The notes below the pieces were generated by a model. That model ran no database searches and was not told where the DNA came from. It saw only the letters and a program-made list of their open reading frames with translations. A stretch of DNA of 64,000 nt from Lama guanicoe (lineage: Eukaryota): positions 7,925,220-7,989,219 of the forward strand of contig MU054323.1 in the NCBI GenBank assembly GCA_013239625.1. The letters are read 5' to 3'. The position numbers were made by a program, and so were the translations under genes. Positions 1-13,537 of this stretch are shown piece after piece. Each line of letters opens with the position of its first letter. Positions within the stretch are counted from its first letter, which is position 1.

Positions 1-751
1 CCCAGCTCTTCTAAATTTTCTCCCTTAGCTGAATCTATATTTCATTCTGTCTAAAGATTTTGGAATGTGTTTCACAAGTAGACACTGTCCCAAACAGAGC
101 TGTTTGTCTTTAGTTTCTAAACCCTCATTAGGTTGAGTCATTAGTAGAGCGGAGACCGTCCTCACGTGGAAGGGAGTCTTAGGAGTAGGCCCACTGCTCA
201 AGACACCTGGAGCACTGCTGAGGCAGTGTCACTGTACTTACACCATTCACTAACCTACACTGTGTATTGCTCTGGAGGCTAGTCAAGGCTCTGGGTCTGT
301 CTCATGCCTGGATCACTGCCATTTCTTCTTTCCTTCCTCCTTCATACTGCCCGCTACAAGTACTTATTTTGTTCATCTCAATAACTGACTACGTACGGCA
401 TTTAGACTCAAGACCAAAGCGGCACTTCCACAAACTGAGCATCTGAATCCTGCCTGGAAAAACTGTTTCTCTCCTATTTCCTTTGCTGCCTAATGAAGTT
501 TATGTATAGCTTGCAGCCAACCAAAAATGTCAAGACGTCTGCCCACACGCCTTGAGGCTATTTGTATATTTGGGTGACTGAACTCTCACTCACATAAGGC
601 TACGAACCCCGTGCTTAGGTTAATAAGCTACTTGTTTGTCTTCCCTTAGGGCCCTGATTTGACCTTTATAACGTACACAGTGCGCATGAGCTCACATAAA
701 AACTTACGTTTGGGAGACAACAGCCCTATAAAGAGAACCACGAGTTTCCTA

Positions 752-1054
<303 letters not shown>

Positions 1055-3127
1055 TTACTGAGTGTCCATGGGCCAGAGAGCGTGCTCTGTTTTCACCAAC
1101 TCAGTGAGGTAGTTGCGTTACTCCCTTGCTCAAAGGGGCTCAGAGGGACTTGTGGTCAAAGAACTAGTCGAGGGAAGGTATTAGAGTCAAAGACAAGGTT
1201 GACCCCCACATCCACGTTCCTTCTAGTATTAGGTGTCTCTAAACACCCAACCTGCATAAACGATACCACTTGTAAAACAGTTAAATCTGCCAAGAGGAGT
1301 AAGCAGGAATCCCAGAAAGGCACAACAAAAGGGCAGCTCTGGTAATTCTCTACCTAAAATAGAGGGAAGAGCCAACATGTGTCCTGGACCACAGGGGTTT
1401 ATACTTGCTTACATATCATTTTGTTATTCTGTAATTGTGATCTACTGGAGGACAGAGACCAAGCATTGTTTCTTATATTTTTAATCCACTTCCTGATCAG
1501 CACCTAGAAAGCACATTGTATTGATTACATAAAATATTAACTCAAGGTTTCTTCTTTCCCAAAGAGAGATAAAAAGGATTCCTGCTACTCAGACACTTAA
1601 CTGATTATTTTCTCTTGCCAAGGAAAACAGGCTCTCTTAGGCTTTAATCTAACCACAATTTCAGAATAAATGACCTAGAGTTTTCCTCTGAATGAAGAAT
1701 GAAGCTAAACGCCATTCATTAGTTTCCTTAACCAAAAGAAAAATTAAAGCTACAAGGCAAGTTCAAAGAAGTAGTCAGTGAAAGCCTTAAAAGTATAGAT
1801 TCAAATATGCTGGTTTCTGACAATCACGTCAGCACTCAGCAACAAGATGCCTGCGAGAGCGCAAAACAGTATTAGTTGCTCTAATTCCAATGCCTAATGA
1901 AACTCTTCCCAAGAAAGGGCAGGACACGTGCGTGTCCCATGCCAGCAGGACGGTGAGGGCACTCACCACCACAGAGCCTGATGCTTCTGAGACAAAAAGG
2001 GAAACCTGGGACAGTGAGATCCAAGAGCTTGAGGGGAAAACGCTGTCCCAGAGCAGCAATTTCTGATTTTGGTGACTGTGAAATGCCATTTGGGAACTCC
2101 TCTATGCTAGTTTTGGAGGAATGCTGGTATTGAGCACGTGCCATTTTAGGGTCAGAATCTTTTACTACAACGCCTTGCCTTCTTACATTAAGATAGTTGC
2201 TATCTCTCAACATGATTAAATCTGCCAGGTCCGGGACAGTATTATGGTAGCAATAAATGAGCTTCTCTGCAGAAAAGGGGTAAAAATATGCTTATGCTAC
2301 ATAATCTGTTTAAGAAACAAACAAAAAAGCTTACTCAGCTAAAAGTCACATGCAAAATGGTCTAAGTGCAGCCAGCCTTAGACAGTCCATTACAATGAGC
2401 AGAGAAATGAGCTGAAACCAATCCCCAGCTTGGCCAAGTTGCTGCTCCATTTTCCCCCTCTGCAAAACACATGGTAGGTGTGTGTGTGTAGGTGGGGTGG
2501 GCAGTGGGAGGAGTGGAAGGAGGGGGGGAAAGGGGGGGAGACAGGCAAGAAGGAGAATAATATTCACCCTTTATTAACTCAGAGGTAAGATGGAGACACA
2601 ATCTGTAAAGATTCAAATATTATGGAAGCAAATCAGTTAACGGCTTCTCTATGGTAACGCCAGTCAGGAAATACAAGGTTCATGAGTTCTGGTCCCAGCC
2701 CTACCTGCAAAGTACAATTACACACGTTTCCTCACATCCTAATCTCAGTTCTCTCCACAGAGTCATGCCGTCTCATTATTCCACAACAACAGTGCAATTA
2801 AATGGAAATTGTCAAAATTCAAAAACATGAGAATTTCTAGTCTGATACCAAAGCATAAAATATGCATTAATATGGCATTAAAAAACACCTAACAGATAAG
2901 GTATTCTCTTCTGTACTCAAAGACTCCAATGATGTTAATGGTTTATAATACCTGTAACAACAACAATAAAAAGTGAAAGAAGGAATTATCAGTGTTTCTA
3001 AAAATCACAAGGTACGAGACTTAACTATTTAGTATCCAGCACAGATCAGGTACAGGAAGAAGGAAACCGTGAGGGCAAAAAAACAGAACACACTGTACTC
3101 CCCTGGCAAAGGCAGACAGCAGGCTTA

Positions 3128-3292
<165 letters not shown>

Positions 3293-4269
3293 TCAACAAC
3301 TTTCAATCAACTCAGTAAAGGTGGGAGATTGCCCAGCTTATCATCCAACGAACCAACTGAAGCAGGCACAACAATAAGGTATTTCGAATTAATTTTTATC
3401 TACAAAAAGACACCTTTCATAAAAGATTGACTTTCAAAGTTAAATGCAAAAATCCATTAGGTCTAAAAGAACTGGTCTGCCCAAGAAGATAGAATTATAC
3501 TGATCTTCAGTCATGCCTGGAGATCACTGGAAACAAAACAAGCTGGCTTACACTTAAATTAACATGAGTATTTTTCTTCAAACAAAAGCCAAATGCAGCG
3601 ATATGCCCAAAGACAAATCTCTTCTTCCAACTACTTGTTTGTTAGTGATTTTTCCATTTTCCAGTCATCTTTCATTTCTCCTGAAATCTGTGCCTTCCTC
3701 ACCCCTTAGTTGGATTGGTTCTGAAGTCTCTTGGACAGTTTCTTTGCTTCCAGACCTAACCCCTCCCTCAAACACCTCCACACCTGCACACCCCTGCCCT
3801 TTCCACCCCCGAATTTCTCTCAACTTGTCGGGACCATCTGGCTTACCCCATAATGTTCTGGAATGGCTTCATGTAAATTATATTTGTCTACTCAGTTAAA
3901 TTCTTTTTGAGGGACAGAGATCATGACTCTTTTTTGTTTTCCATAGTTCTGGCATAATATGCCCATACATAACAAAAAAAAATTTTTTTCAGAACAACTC
4001 TCATCATAAAAGAAGCCCAAGGTTACAACATGGTAGGCCTAAACTAGAGTTGTTTCATTCTTAATAATCCTGATTATAATGTTCTAGTATCATACTCAAG
4101 ACCTGGAAAGGAAACTTAATTTCAAGTCCTGGGAGCATCTTTCAGATGCAGCTTTGTAATAATACATGTATTTATGTGGTGATTTTTAAGTAACTGCAGT
4201 ACATGAAAAAATAGGGTAGAGAAATATGAATAGGGGCTGAAAAAATGATTCATATATTTACTGCATCAA

Positions 4270-4900
4270 ACTTTAAAAATTTGTTTGACAAATGACCCCA
4301 CAAAAATTAAGACAACCATAGAATAGGAAGAAATTTGTAACATGTAGAGCAGACAAAGGATTACTACTGGGGAAATATATAGAACATACTTATAAATTTA
4401 AAAAGACGATCTGATAAAATGGGCAAGGGTTTATATAAAGCAATTCACAAAAGAAGAAAACACATTTCCAATAAAGATGCTCAATCTCCCTAACAACCTG
4501 TGAAATGCAAATTAAAATGAGATATTCTCTCCCCATCAGATTGGCAAAAATTTAAAAAGTATCAGTAAGGATGTAAAGTAATTGGTTCTTTCATGCATAG
4601 GTGATGGAAGTGTATTCTGTCCTATGTACGTGGTCAAATTTATTGAAACAAAAAATCACATCCTCTATTATCTAGTAATTCTACTTCTCGCTATTTACTC
4701 CAGAGTAATGCACTTGTACACAAGATGATATGCTGTGATGAACAGTCATACAATATTTATAATAATGAAAAACTGTAAACAGCCATCAATCCATTAGTAG
4801 ATTAAAATGAATGAGTCAACATACAGTGTCCAAGTCATTCCACTGACTAAAAAGAGCAAGTTGCAGGATTCATGCAGAAGGATCCCTTTTATATTAAAAC
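4270..4900 (+). mobile_element. Ancient LINE-1 ORF2 3' remnant
   Basis: aaagatgctcaatctc...gaaatgcaaattaaaatgagata...catcagattggcaaaaatt, typical L1M motifs. Confidence 0.65.
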
Positions 4901-5407
4901 ATTCAAACCATAAACACAAAACAGGTTTATCTAGTATTTAAACTTATTTACAAGTTTTTTTTAAAAAGGAGAATAAGAATGCATTCTTTGCATAAAAAAT
5001 TAATTTATAAGGAGGAAAACAGGAAAATCAATAAGGAATTCAAATTATTATCCAAAAGGCAAGAGGCAAGAGGCCCAGAGAGACAGGAGTGGAACTATTA
5101 CTGACACCTGGGAAAGCAGGAAAGGGGGACACCATTTCTTCAATGTTCTTTATTAAATTTTCCGTTCAACTTATTCTGCCTTGCATACTTTATAATTTAT
5201 TCTTCATTTCTAAGATGATGTTACCTTTTTTCTTCAATTTATTGAAAGCCAAAAAGTTCTTGGCAGGAAGAGGGATCTAATGTGCTCAGGGCAGAAGAGG
5301 GTTAGGGCAAGGCTGAAGGTATCCATCTGACTCTGCAGATCTTCAGACATCTACAAGCTTAGCACGTACTGAATTCCACAAGGGCTTCCTAGGTAGAGTT
5401 GAACTTA

Positions 5408-5623
<216 letters not shown>

Positions 5624-5829
5624 TCAGGTCCTCTGGGGTCTCAGTGGTGCCGGAGCTGCAGAAGTCTGTCTCTTGCAGATGTTCTTTCTTTCCCTCTCCT
5701 CATCTGTACCACTTCCGACTACTGCTTTGAAAGGTTCTGGATATAACTGAGCTCTTAGATTCCCTTAGATTTCCTACACCAGAGGTTGTGGTGATCTTTC
5801 TCATGGAATTAGAGTCAGAGCAAAATGGA

Positions 5830-6200
5830 CCTTCACAATTATTTCAACCAACCCTCTCATTTTAAAGATTGAGGAGAGGAGGCCCAACGACTTGCTCAAA
5901 GCCACACTGCCTCAAAGGGGCAGAAATAGAACTTGAACTCAGGCAGCAGGACTCCCAACTCCATGGTTAGCAGGCTGCCCCATGTGGTACCTACCACTTT
6001 GACAAGTACTTTAACACTTAGACAGAGAACAAGTCTCAACTTAGTGGTTAAAAGCATGAGATTTAGAGTCCGGTTTTGACAAAACTGGGTTTGAATCCTA
6101 GCTCTGCCATTTCCCAGTTGTGAAGCTTTCTTCATCCTTAAAATGGGAAAAACAATACCTATTTTACAGTAGTGTTGTGGGAAATCAATGAAAATGCTAG
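5830..6200. mobile_element. MIR SINE remnants (two, opposite orientations)
   Basis: gacttgctcaaagccacac...acttgaactcagg and ctgggtttgaatcctagctctgcca...ttcttcatccttaaaatggg MIR core motifs. Confidence 0.6.
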
Positions 6201-7192
6201 AAAAATGACTGGGGGCTCACTGTTCCCTGTTACCATCATCAGTATTACGAGAACTTACTGCTATGATTACATGGTTACAAACAGCATTTTAAAGGAGGAA
6301 TCCCTCTAATAAAGCTGCCTTCATATCCAAACAGAACATGAAATAATGTTCTACTAATCTTCACAAAGTAGGTTCTATTGACCAAACCAGTGATTTTCAG
6401 ACCCTGGGTAGAGATCCATCAGTGGTCATTAATTTAGTGGGCAAGGCTAAGTAGAACAGATAGAAAACGCTGAGCACAGTGTTCAGGCTAATTTGTGAAA
6501 CTTGTGCTTCACTCTTTCTGTATACATGTACACGTGTACCTGGTTACAATGTAAAAGAATACATCAGAGTGCATTCCAGTCAGCAACCCAGTACGAGAAA
6601 TGCTTTCTCTGAAACTTGTCCTGAGATCTTCAGATACTTTTTGTCCTTTTATCAAAGAGCAATCATCATTCTATGATGGTCTAGAACTTCAAAACAACCC
6701 AAACCACCTAAATCTACAATATCACCAACTTGTTAGGAAAGTGGAAGGGGTGAGGCTGGTTTGTGTGTCCCTCCGTCTTTCTGTTTCAGTCGGTGCAAAA
6801 CATTTCCCTTCATTTCCTGATTCACCAAAGTGGGGCTGGCTTCAGTTTTCTCTGTAGGACCCAACAAGTAAGAACCACATTTTCCTATCAGCGTGCTCAT
6901 TTTATTACAACAAATCCAGCCCAACCTCAGAACAAAGGTGTTCAAACAATTCATTCTGAAAGGATTATAACTCTGTCCCTGCTCCTTCTGGTTGTTCTCT
7001 TATGATTGAGAGCAAGTTCAAATATCTGGGGACCAGTAGGGCTTTCTTAGCATCTACTTGCTCGCTGAGATTAATCATAAGAAATGACAACCACAGGGAG
7101 AAAACTTTACTAGGTTTTGAAATTTTTTCATTTTACACAGATCTTGGTCTTCTGGTACCTAACAATAAAACACTGAAAGGAAATAACTTTAC

Positions 7193-7249
7193 CTGAGATT
7201 CAGAGAGATAGCCGGCGTCATTCCCTTGCTCGATCCCAGTCCTTACTAC
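7193..7249 (-). CDS. HADHA: HADHA exon 10 (57 nt)
   Basis: Encodes VVRTGIEQGNDAGYLSESQ; tag/gtaaag. Confidence 0.95.
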
Positions 7250-8337
7250 CTATAGAATATAAAAAGCACTTGTTACTTGTTGGAATGGATTAGCGAGATG
7301 CACAATAAGGCTGAAGAAACTGCTAGTGTTGTTAATCCTCAAAGACTAAGTCCAAGTCTAGACTGGAGTGATTAAGAGAAGAGGACTGAGGCCTGGTTGC
7401 TTAAGACTGATATAAATCTGCATCTCTGAGGCTACTGCTAAAGCTAGTGTAAAATGGAAGGAAATAAAATGGACGGAAAGAGAATTAAACAGTCAGAACA
7501 GGGAAAGACACAGAGGTTCCACAGCTCAAACTCTACCTTCTCATTCACCTTCGGATCCTATTATTTTATCGGAGAAAGAGCTGCCATCATCCCTCTCCAA
7601 GTCCAGTGACAGGTTTACCTTTTCCTCTTAAGTCCCTTCCCTCCTGCTTAAATGGCTCTTCCAGCTCCTCTCCTGTTCTCCAAATGTGGGCAAATCCCCA
7701 AAGTTTTACGTTCAGCCCTTTTTTCTCTCTGTGATTTTTTCCACAGGCATATCGTTTAGTCCATTACATTAACCATCAACATCATGAAATTCAATTTAAC
7801 ATGTGGGGTAAGTACTATCCTAAGTATGAAAGAAATGACCCTGTACTCAATCACCATAATTTATGGGAAAGACATTACAAACAAACAAATCTATATCCTT
7901 AACTGACTTCTCTGCCTAAACTACTGTTGCTTGAATTTCCTGAAACACCTAATCTCAACTCTTCTAAAACTTAACTCATAACCTCTCTTTGGCAAGTTTC
8001 TTACTATCTTCATATTTTCACTTTTACTCTTCTATCTCAGGGTCTTATTCAGACTTCAGGTCTCAGTTACCAAGATAGCTTCTTAGTTCACTGCTCTACT
8101 TTGTCTCTCTTTTAAATCCATTTTTACTCACTACCATGAAAATGGTTCTCTACGGTCTACACAGGACAAACATCAAATTTCTTAATTACTGTCAGTCTAA
8201 AAAAAATCTAGCTTCAGTCTGCCTTTCTGAAGACATTGCATTATACTCCCATGAAAACTGATTTCATTAAATGTTCCTTGAAGAACTTCATGCTTTCTGG
8301 CCTCTGTAACTTTGCTCAAAATGCCCACCCTGTCAAA

Positions 8338-8470
8338 GGAGAAGGTGTAGCTCAAGTTGTAGTGTGTGCTTAGCATCCATGAGGTCCTGGGTTCAATCCT
8401 CAGTACTTCCTCTAAAAATAAATAAATAAATAAATAAACCTAACTACTACCCTCAAAAAAAAAAAAAAAA
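8338..8470 (+). mobile_element. tRNA-Ala-derived SINE (camelid Vic-1-like)
   Basis: A-box-like tagctcaagttg, B-box-like ggttcaatcc, anticodon-arm-like cttagcat, (TAAA)n tract, conserved 'cctaa..acccc' segment and poly(A) tail. Confidence 0.8.
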
Positions 8471-9369
8471 GCCCATTCTTTCTGGCACTGCTTTCTCTTC
8501 AGCTATTCTCTACCCATTTTTCAGGGCTCAGGTCAAATTCCATGAGACTCCTTCTAATTTCTCTGGTTCACAGTGACTGTTTCTTCTTCTGTGAACTCAG
8601 CAGTTTCCTCTGTCCCAGTTATCTGGCATTAATCCTATGCAGCTGTATAACATCCCCTATACTGTCATCTGCCTTACCACACATATATGTCTAATCTCCC
8701 CAACCCAGACTGTGAGATGAATGGAGGTAGGAATCATGTTTTATATTTTATGGACTTTGATGTCTTCTGCTCAAAATACATTTGTTGACTAATTCATTCT
8801 CCAACTTTGAAATCTTTGGTTTCATGCTCTTTTAATCTTGGACCTTGCAGGTTGAAAATTTTGTAAGTTTTAAAGTCTACCTTCAGACAGAAGTTTCTTC
8901 AACCCTGTGATCATTTTAATTATCCTCCTTGACCTTTTCCAAACTTCTCTGTAGCATTACACCTTTTTTATAATTATGGCCATGGGGAAGTCAATGAGAC
9001 ATTTTAGGTACTGACAAAGATTTAGACTAAGGATAGAATACAGCCATCAATTTTATTTAAACTCCTTCTTAATGCCCAATATTTTACTGGCTTGTTACAC
9101 TGATATGACATAGGTTCCTTTCCTGGTTTATATCTGGTAGTTTTAAACTGATCAACTAAAAAGTATGCCTGCCACTAATTTTTCTCAAATATATCCATTT
9201 ATATAAATCCTCATAGCTTGCTATATGCTCTTCTGCTATTTTTTGTTTTAATAGCAGAATGAAAAAACTTTAGTACTGTCATACATGGTTCAGAATGGCA
9301 AGAAAGAGTATATGCTCTAGACAAAACGAAGAAATGTGAGAAATGTGGGAGCAGGGGGTAAAGACTCAC

Positions 9370-9488
9370 ATCAATTATTTTCAGAGGTGCAGGATAAAGG
9401 CCTTTGGTCTGCTTTCGTACTTTTTCTTCCACCTTTCTGTAAATCTGTTGCCTGACAAATGGAATACTCATGGCATACGATGTCAATT
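9370..9488 (-). CDS. HADHA: HADHA exon 9 (119 nt)
   Basis: Encodes (K)[39 protein letters not shown]; cag/gtgagt. Confidence 0.97.
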
Positions 9489-9965
9489 CTGTAAGGTAAA
9501 ATGCTTTTAGATCCTTACTGGAAAGAGCCCAGCTTCCCTTGTTTGTTTTACTGTAAATTCCATGAAAATGCAGTACTCCTAGCTATCTGAAAGAACTGAT
9601 CTTTATTCTGATATACAAAATCTAAATTAAAAAAAAAATCTAAATTTCAACCCAAGCACTTCTTTAAACATGGTTTAATTAGTTGATAAATGTTAAAGTT
9701 GGGTGTTGGGTACATGAGTGTTTATTGCACTATTATATTATTCAACTTTGGTATTAATGTTTTAAGTTTTCCAAAATAGTTAAAAAAAAAACATGTCTTT
9801 AACTAACCAGCGTAAGGTTCATGAATTGATCCTAGAGCAGAGTTAGTGCGCCCTTTAAGGTTGACTTTATGCCTAGAGTAAATAATGCACTTACCTCTTC
9901 CTCAGTTTGAATTTAGACCAAACAAAATTAAACTCCCTGGAAGGAAGCTTTGCCTCTGTTCTTTA

Positions 9966-10130
<165 letters not shown>

Positions 10131-12021
10131 TTAAATCTGGCTTGGATCAGTCGCAGGTGGGAAAAACCCAGGCAGGCCAAAGCCAAAGGCTCCGGCACCC
10201 ACTTTCAGTGCAGCTTTCCATGTCAGACCCGAGACTGGTCGGTGAGAGTTGTGAACTATGAACTATGAACTCAAAGAGAGAAGTTACACTGAGTGATGGT
10301 ACAACAACCTACTCCAGGTAGAATATAAATCTTAAGCCATATTTGCCTGGCTTCCACTTCTGAGTAGGATGTAGCACGTCTTGTGAGGCCTGTATTCTTG
10401 CTGCAAAACTGAAAAAAATGAATAAACTGCAAAACTATATGGTAAAGATAAATGTGGAAGTAACAAAGGTTGTATGAACTAGAATTCCAGAGAAGGAAGA
10501 GCTTGTATGAGGTGAACTGATGACTGCTGGACATTCTCTTTTCTGGGGGTATACATGATGCTTCTGGGCTGAAGATTGGACCTGGCTCAAGCAGAAGGAT
10601 GCTTGCTGCTGGGGGAAAGCGAAATAATCAGTTTTTGGTGGTCACATAACAGATCAGAACTAGAAGAAACCAAATGCAAAGCTAGTTTTCCCCAGGGAAC
10701 ATTTGTGGGGTTCTAAGGTGGTGCAGGAGGCTGGAAGCGACAGTGAAATCTCTCAGTGTCATAACCTTTAGCACATGGAGTACTTCTACAGAGAGAGCGA
10801 CATTCTAAAAACATGCAGCTGATTTTTCACTTACGGCATCTGCCTGATAGCAAACTTGCTGGAGGCAGGAGACTAAAGAGCTAGACTCAAAAAACTCAAA
10901 GGCTGTTTTCACAGGGTCAGGAAAACAGACACCTACCAGGCTCTCAATCAAAAGCCTGTAAGAGCCACACTGGAGAAAGAGGCGGCTGGGGTTGAAAAGG
11001 CAAAATCCCAACAGGGAGAGAAGCCCGTAACAAGTATGCAACCAATCCCTCCCTTAAGACATTTGCCTTATTTTGACCTTGTGTGAAGGAGAAAGAAAAA
11101 GAACTAAGCCCTAAACTTTCAAAGAGCAAAAGTACACAGGGCCCACGAAAGTCATACTGCAGCCTGCAGGGAGGCTGAGGCACCTGGAATTTGTGACGAA
11201 TACTGGACAGTAGTTGCTACACAAAAGAGCTCCACAGAGATCTATACAGTGGCCCCTTGAAACTCTGGCCAAGTATCATTCTGCACATGCATGCGAGAAA
11301 ACTACCCAAGGTCAGGGAAAGAACCATCATAAAGGCATGAAAAGAAACAAGAAAAAAAATGGCCCACAGCTAGGAGACAAATTCACTGACAGATGCAGAA
11401 ATGAGAAGGTGAAATCAGCAGACAGAATGTTAGAAAGGCTATTGTAAATTCATGCTATACGCTCAAGAAGCTAGAGGGAAACAGAAACATAATGTGGAGA
11501 AATTGAAGACATAAAAGTGGATCAAATGCTACTTCTAGATATGGAAGAAAACAATACCTGAAATGAAAAATACAAGCGATTGGACTGATGGCTAATCATG
11601 CAGGGAAGAAGAAAAGATCAGGAAACTCGAATGCATGGCAACAGAAAATATAATTACTAAAAAAGAAAAACAGTTTCATTTTGGGACAATACCAAGTGAT
11701 CTAACATGTATGAGGTTGAAATCTCAGAAAAGGGATGTGGGAGATGGAAAAAAATTTGAAGAAATAGCCAAAAAGTTTCCAATTTTGATGAAAACTATAA
11801 GCCCACTATCTAAGAGGCTCAATGAATCCCATGCATAAAAAACCAAAAACCAAAAAGAAAAAAAGCCCCCAAGGTAGATCAGAAATTGCTAAAATCAGTA
11901 ATAAAGGGAAAATCTGAGAGCAGTTGGGGGCAGAGTAGCACAGGGGTAAAGAAGACACATTATACATGGATGAACAAAGACAAAAATGGCAACAGGCTTT
12001 TCATCAGAAATTATGCAAGCA

Positions 12022-12121
12022 ATTCTTTTGTAGTTCATGAGCATGATGACTGGGTGTTCAGGCGTTTGTGTGACATGTGCCTCCCTCGAACCTTGTTATG
12101 TCAGCACATTACCTGTCTGAC
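12022..12121 (+). pseudogene. U13 (SNORD13) box C/D snoRNA retrocopy
   Basis: attcttttgtagttcatgagcatgatgactgggtgttca...gaaccttgtta...gcacattacctgtctgac matches U13 end to end. Box C ATGATGA at 12043-12049, box D CTGA at 12117-12120, A-rich tail at 12125-12144, and a 16-bp TSD with 1 mismatch. Confidence 0.9.
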
Positions 12122-12477
12122 GTGAAAAGAAAAAAAAAAGAGAGAGAAATTATGCAAACAACAACGCAATCCAGACATGTATAATGTACCAAAAGAAAAA
12201 CACTGGAAATCTGAAATTCTATGCCCATCAAAATGAAGTTTTGAAAAACAAAGCTGAAATAAAGATTTTTTTCAAACAAATTAAGAAGTGAGAGAACTAA
12301 CTGCCAGCAGAACTACACTACAAAGTATGTTAAAGGAAGTTCTTCGTTGGAAGGAAAAACCAGATGGGAACTTGGATATGTACAAAGGATAAAGAGCACT
12401 AAAAATGATGAATATGTGGGTAAACAGAAAAGATGCTTTTCTCATTTTCAAATCTCTTTAAAAAGTAATTGTCTAGA

Positions 12478-12602
12478 GGGGAGGGTATAGCTCAGTACTA
12501 GAGTGCATGCTTAGCATGCATGAGGTCTGGGGTTCAATCCCCAGTATTTCCATTTAATAAACAAACAAACAAACAAACAAATCTAATTACCCCCCTCCAA
12601 AA
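12478..12602 (+). mobile_element. tRNA-Ala-derived SINE (camelid Vic-1-like)
   Basis: gggtatagctcag...tgcttagcatgcatgaggt...ggttcaatcccc followed by (CAAA)n; degenerate TSD aaaagtaattgtcta / aaaagataattgttta; inserted in an old L1. Confidence 0.82.
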
Positions 12603-12708
12603 GATAATTGTTTAAAGCAAAAACAGCAATATGCTGAGGAATGCATAATATATGCAGAAGTATAACAACAACAGCACAAAGAATGAGGGAAAATCAAATA
12701 TACTCTTT

Positions 12709-13076
12709 AAAAAAATTTTTAATGAAGTATAGTTGATTTAATATACTATGTTAGTTTCTGGTATAGAGCAAAGTGATTCAGTTATACGTATGTATTTTCT
12801 TTTCATATTCTTTTTCATTATAGGGAATTATAAGTTACTGAATATAGTTCCTTGTGCTATACAGTAGGTCCTTGCTGTTTATCTATTTTATATACAGCTG
12901 TGTATATCTGTTAATCCCAAACTTAATTGATTACCGTCTTCCCCTTTGGTAACCATAAATTTGTTTTCTATGTCTGTCTGTTTCTGTTTTGAAATAAGTT
13001 CATTTGTACCATATTTCAGATTCCACATATAGTGATACCATATGATATTTGTTCTTCTCTGTCTTATTTCCTTCAA
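12709..13076 (-). mobile_element. 5'-truncated LINE-1 3' end
   Basis: End of ORF2 plus 3' UTR on the minus strand; 13-bp TSD aaatatactcttt (12696-12708) / aagtatactcttt (13077-13089). Confidence 0.8.
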
Positions 13077-13295
13077 AAGTATACTCTTTTAAGGTTCTTA
13101 CCCTGTATATCAAGTGATACATAATTTCAAGACCAATTATATGTTAAAGATGTATAGTAAACCTCAGAACAACCATTAAAAGGGTAAAGCAAAGTAAAAA
13201 TCCACTAGTGAAGGTAAAAAATGATTAATCCAAAGAAAGGAGGAAGAAGAAAAAAGAGAACAAAGAACAGATACGACATAGAAAACAAACAGCAA

Positions 13296-13537
13296 TAAAT
13301 GAAGCTGAAATGCTGGAAATGTGTTGGTGTATTGCAGAGGAAAGTATTGAAAGGCTTAAGGAAACTGGAATATTAGTGTGGATTTATCACACTGGACCTG
13401 CTCAGCCACCCTGGAAAGGATCAGGACATACCTTTCTCACCATGACTGTGAGAAATCAATTTGGGAGGGAAGGCCCAGCATCCCTGAAGAGCTCTGTGGT
13501 TGCTCTTCTCTGTAGGTCAGAAATTACAGTGGGAACT
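13296..13537 (+). mobile_element. ERV-L (class III endogenous retrovirus) gag fragment
   Basis: Open frame EMLEMCWCIAEESIERLKETGILVWIYH...PWKGSGHTFLTMTVRNQFGREGPASLKSSVVALLC...ITVGT resembles ERV-L Gag as recalled (EEGIQRLREIGMLEWI...WEGPEDxPFT...RNRFVRGAPASLKSSVxALLC). Confidence 0.78.

Larger units (their letters stand above)
10250..13295 (+). mobile_element. Old degenerate LINE-1 (L1M), 5' UTR/ORF1 region, interrupted by younger insertions
   Basis: A-rich strand with ORF1-like remnants (e.g. KKFEEIAKKFPILMKTI, ttttcatcagaaa, tgccagcagaactacactacaa). Boundaries approximate. Confidence 0.6.

Noticed and set aside
12022..12121. Functional intronic SNORD13 gene
   Set aside because: Antisense to the host transcript, substitutions and a small deletion relative to U13 as recalled, plus poly(A) tail and TSD, indicate a retrocopy.
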